From a virus (Duplodnaviria > Caudoviricetes): a stretch of 34,341 bases of DNA. Location: IMG/VR virus record IMGVR_UViG_3300012667_000215, positions 1-34,341 of that record, one strand, 5' to 3'. This document shows, piece after piece, positions 34,301 to 34,341 of the stretch; within the stretch, counting starts at the first letter, position 1, and every line of letters starts with the position of its first letter. The translations under genes and the position numbers were made by a program. A model generated the notes under the pieces. That model saw nothing but the letters and a program-made list of their open reading frames with translations. It did no database searches and was not told the origin of the DNA.

Positions 34301-34341
34301 TTCACAAAAGGGTAGCAGCGAAAAGTTGTTACCCTTTTTAA
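34287..34341. repeat. Second copy of the 55-nt terminal overlap
   Basis: Identical to 1-55. Confidence 0.95.

Noticed and set aside
34287-34341. 55-nt end repeat as a biological terminal repeat or att site
   Set aside because: Length equals a common assembly k-mer, it cuts through the MCP 3' end and terminator, the TerL type suggests headful packaging, and no integrase is present.
1-34341. Stop-codon reassignment or tRNA genes
   Set aside because: Long genes are intact in the standard code, TAA, TAG and TGA all end genes at coupled junctions, and no cloverleaf was seen in the few intergenic gaps.

Overview
The window appears to be a complete, circularly assembled genome (34,286 bp unique; bases 1-55 are repeated at 34287-34341) of an AT-rich tailed dsDNA phage, most likely a siphovirus of a Bacteroidota (Flavobacteriales/Sphingobacteriales-like) host. 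The host call rests on TAnnTTTG promoters, A-rich translation starts without Shine-Dalgarno sites, DUF3127 and DUF6712-like genes. All credible genes are on the + strand in the standard code. Modules: tail tube, portal, neck and fibre (72-6022); lysis (6022-7304); small early genes (8623-11392); ERF, exonuclease, SSB and NinG recombination plus an HNH (11380-14217); replication with a DnaA-C-like protein, initiator and SF4 helicase (14611-17377); a PD-(D/E)XK endonuclease and DNA methylase; a phage sigma factor; three glycosyltransferases; a ParB-methylase; terminase; frameshifted tail chaperones, tail tip and tape measure; protease, scaffold and major capsid. No integrase, tRNA, canonical CRISPR array or RT was seen. 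Most notable: (1) a homing-endonuclease-like insert that truncated a methylase just before DPPY and carries a recoded replacement N-terminus; (2) a kissing-loop terminator leader before the replication genes; (3) three exactly spaced AGCAAA-N13-TATAT late-promoter motifs plus a phage sigma; (4) a two-unit repeat array with about 20-nt variable inserts; (5) a portal fused to wHTH and MuF-like domains; (6) a PLOD3-like glycosyltransferase. All family assignments are from motif recognition, not database searches.
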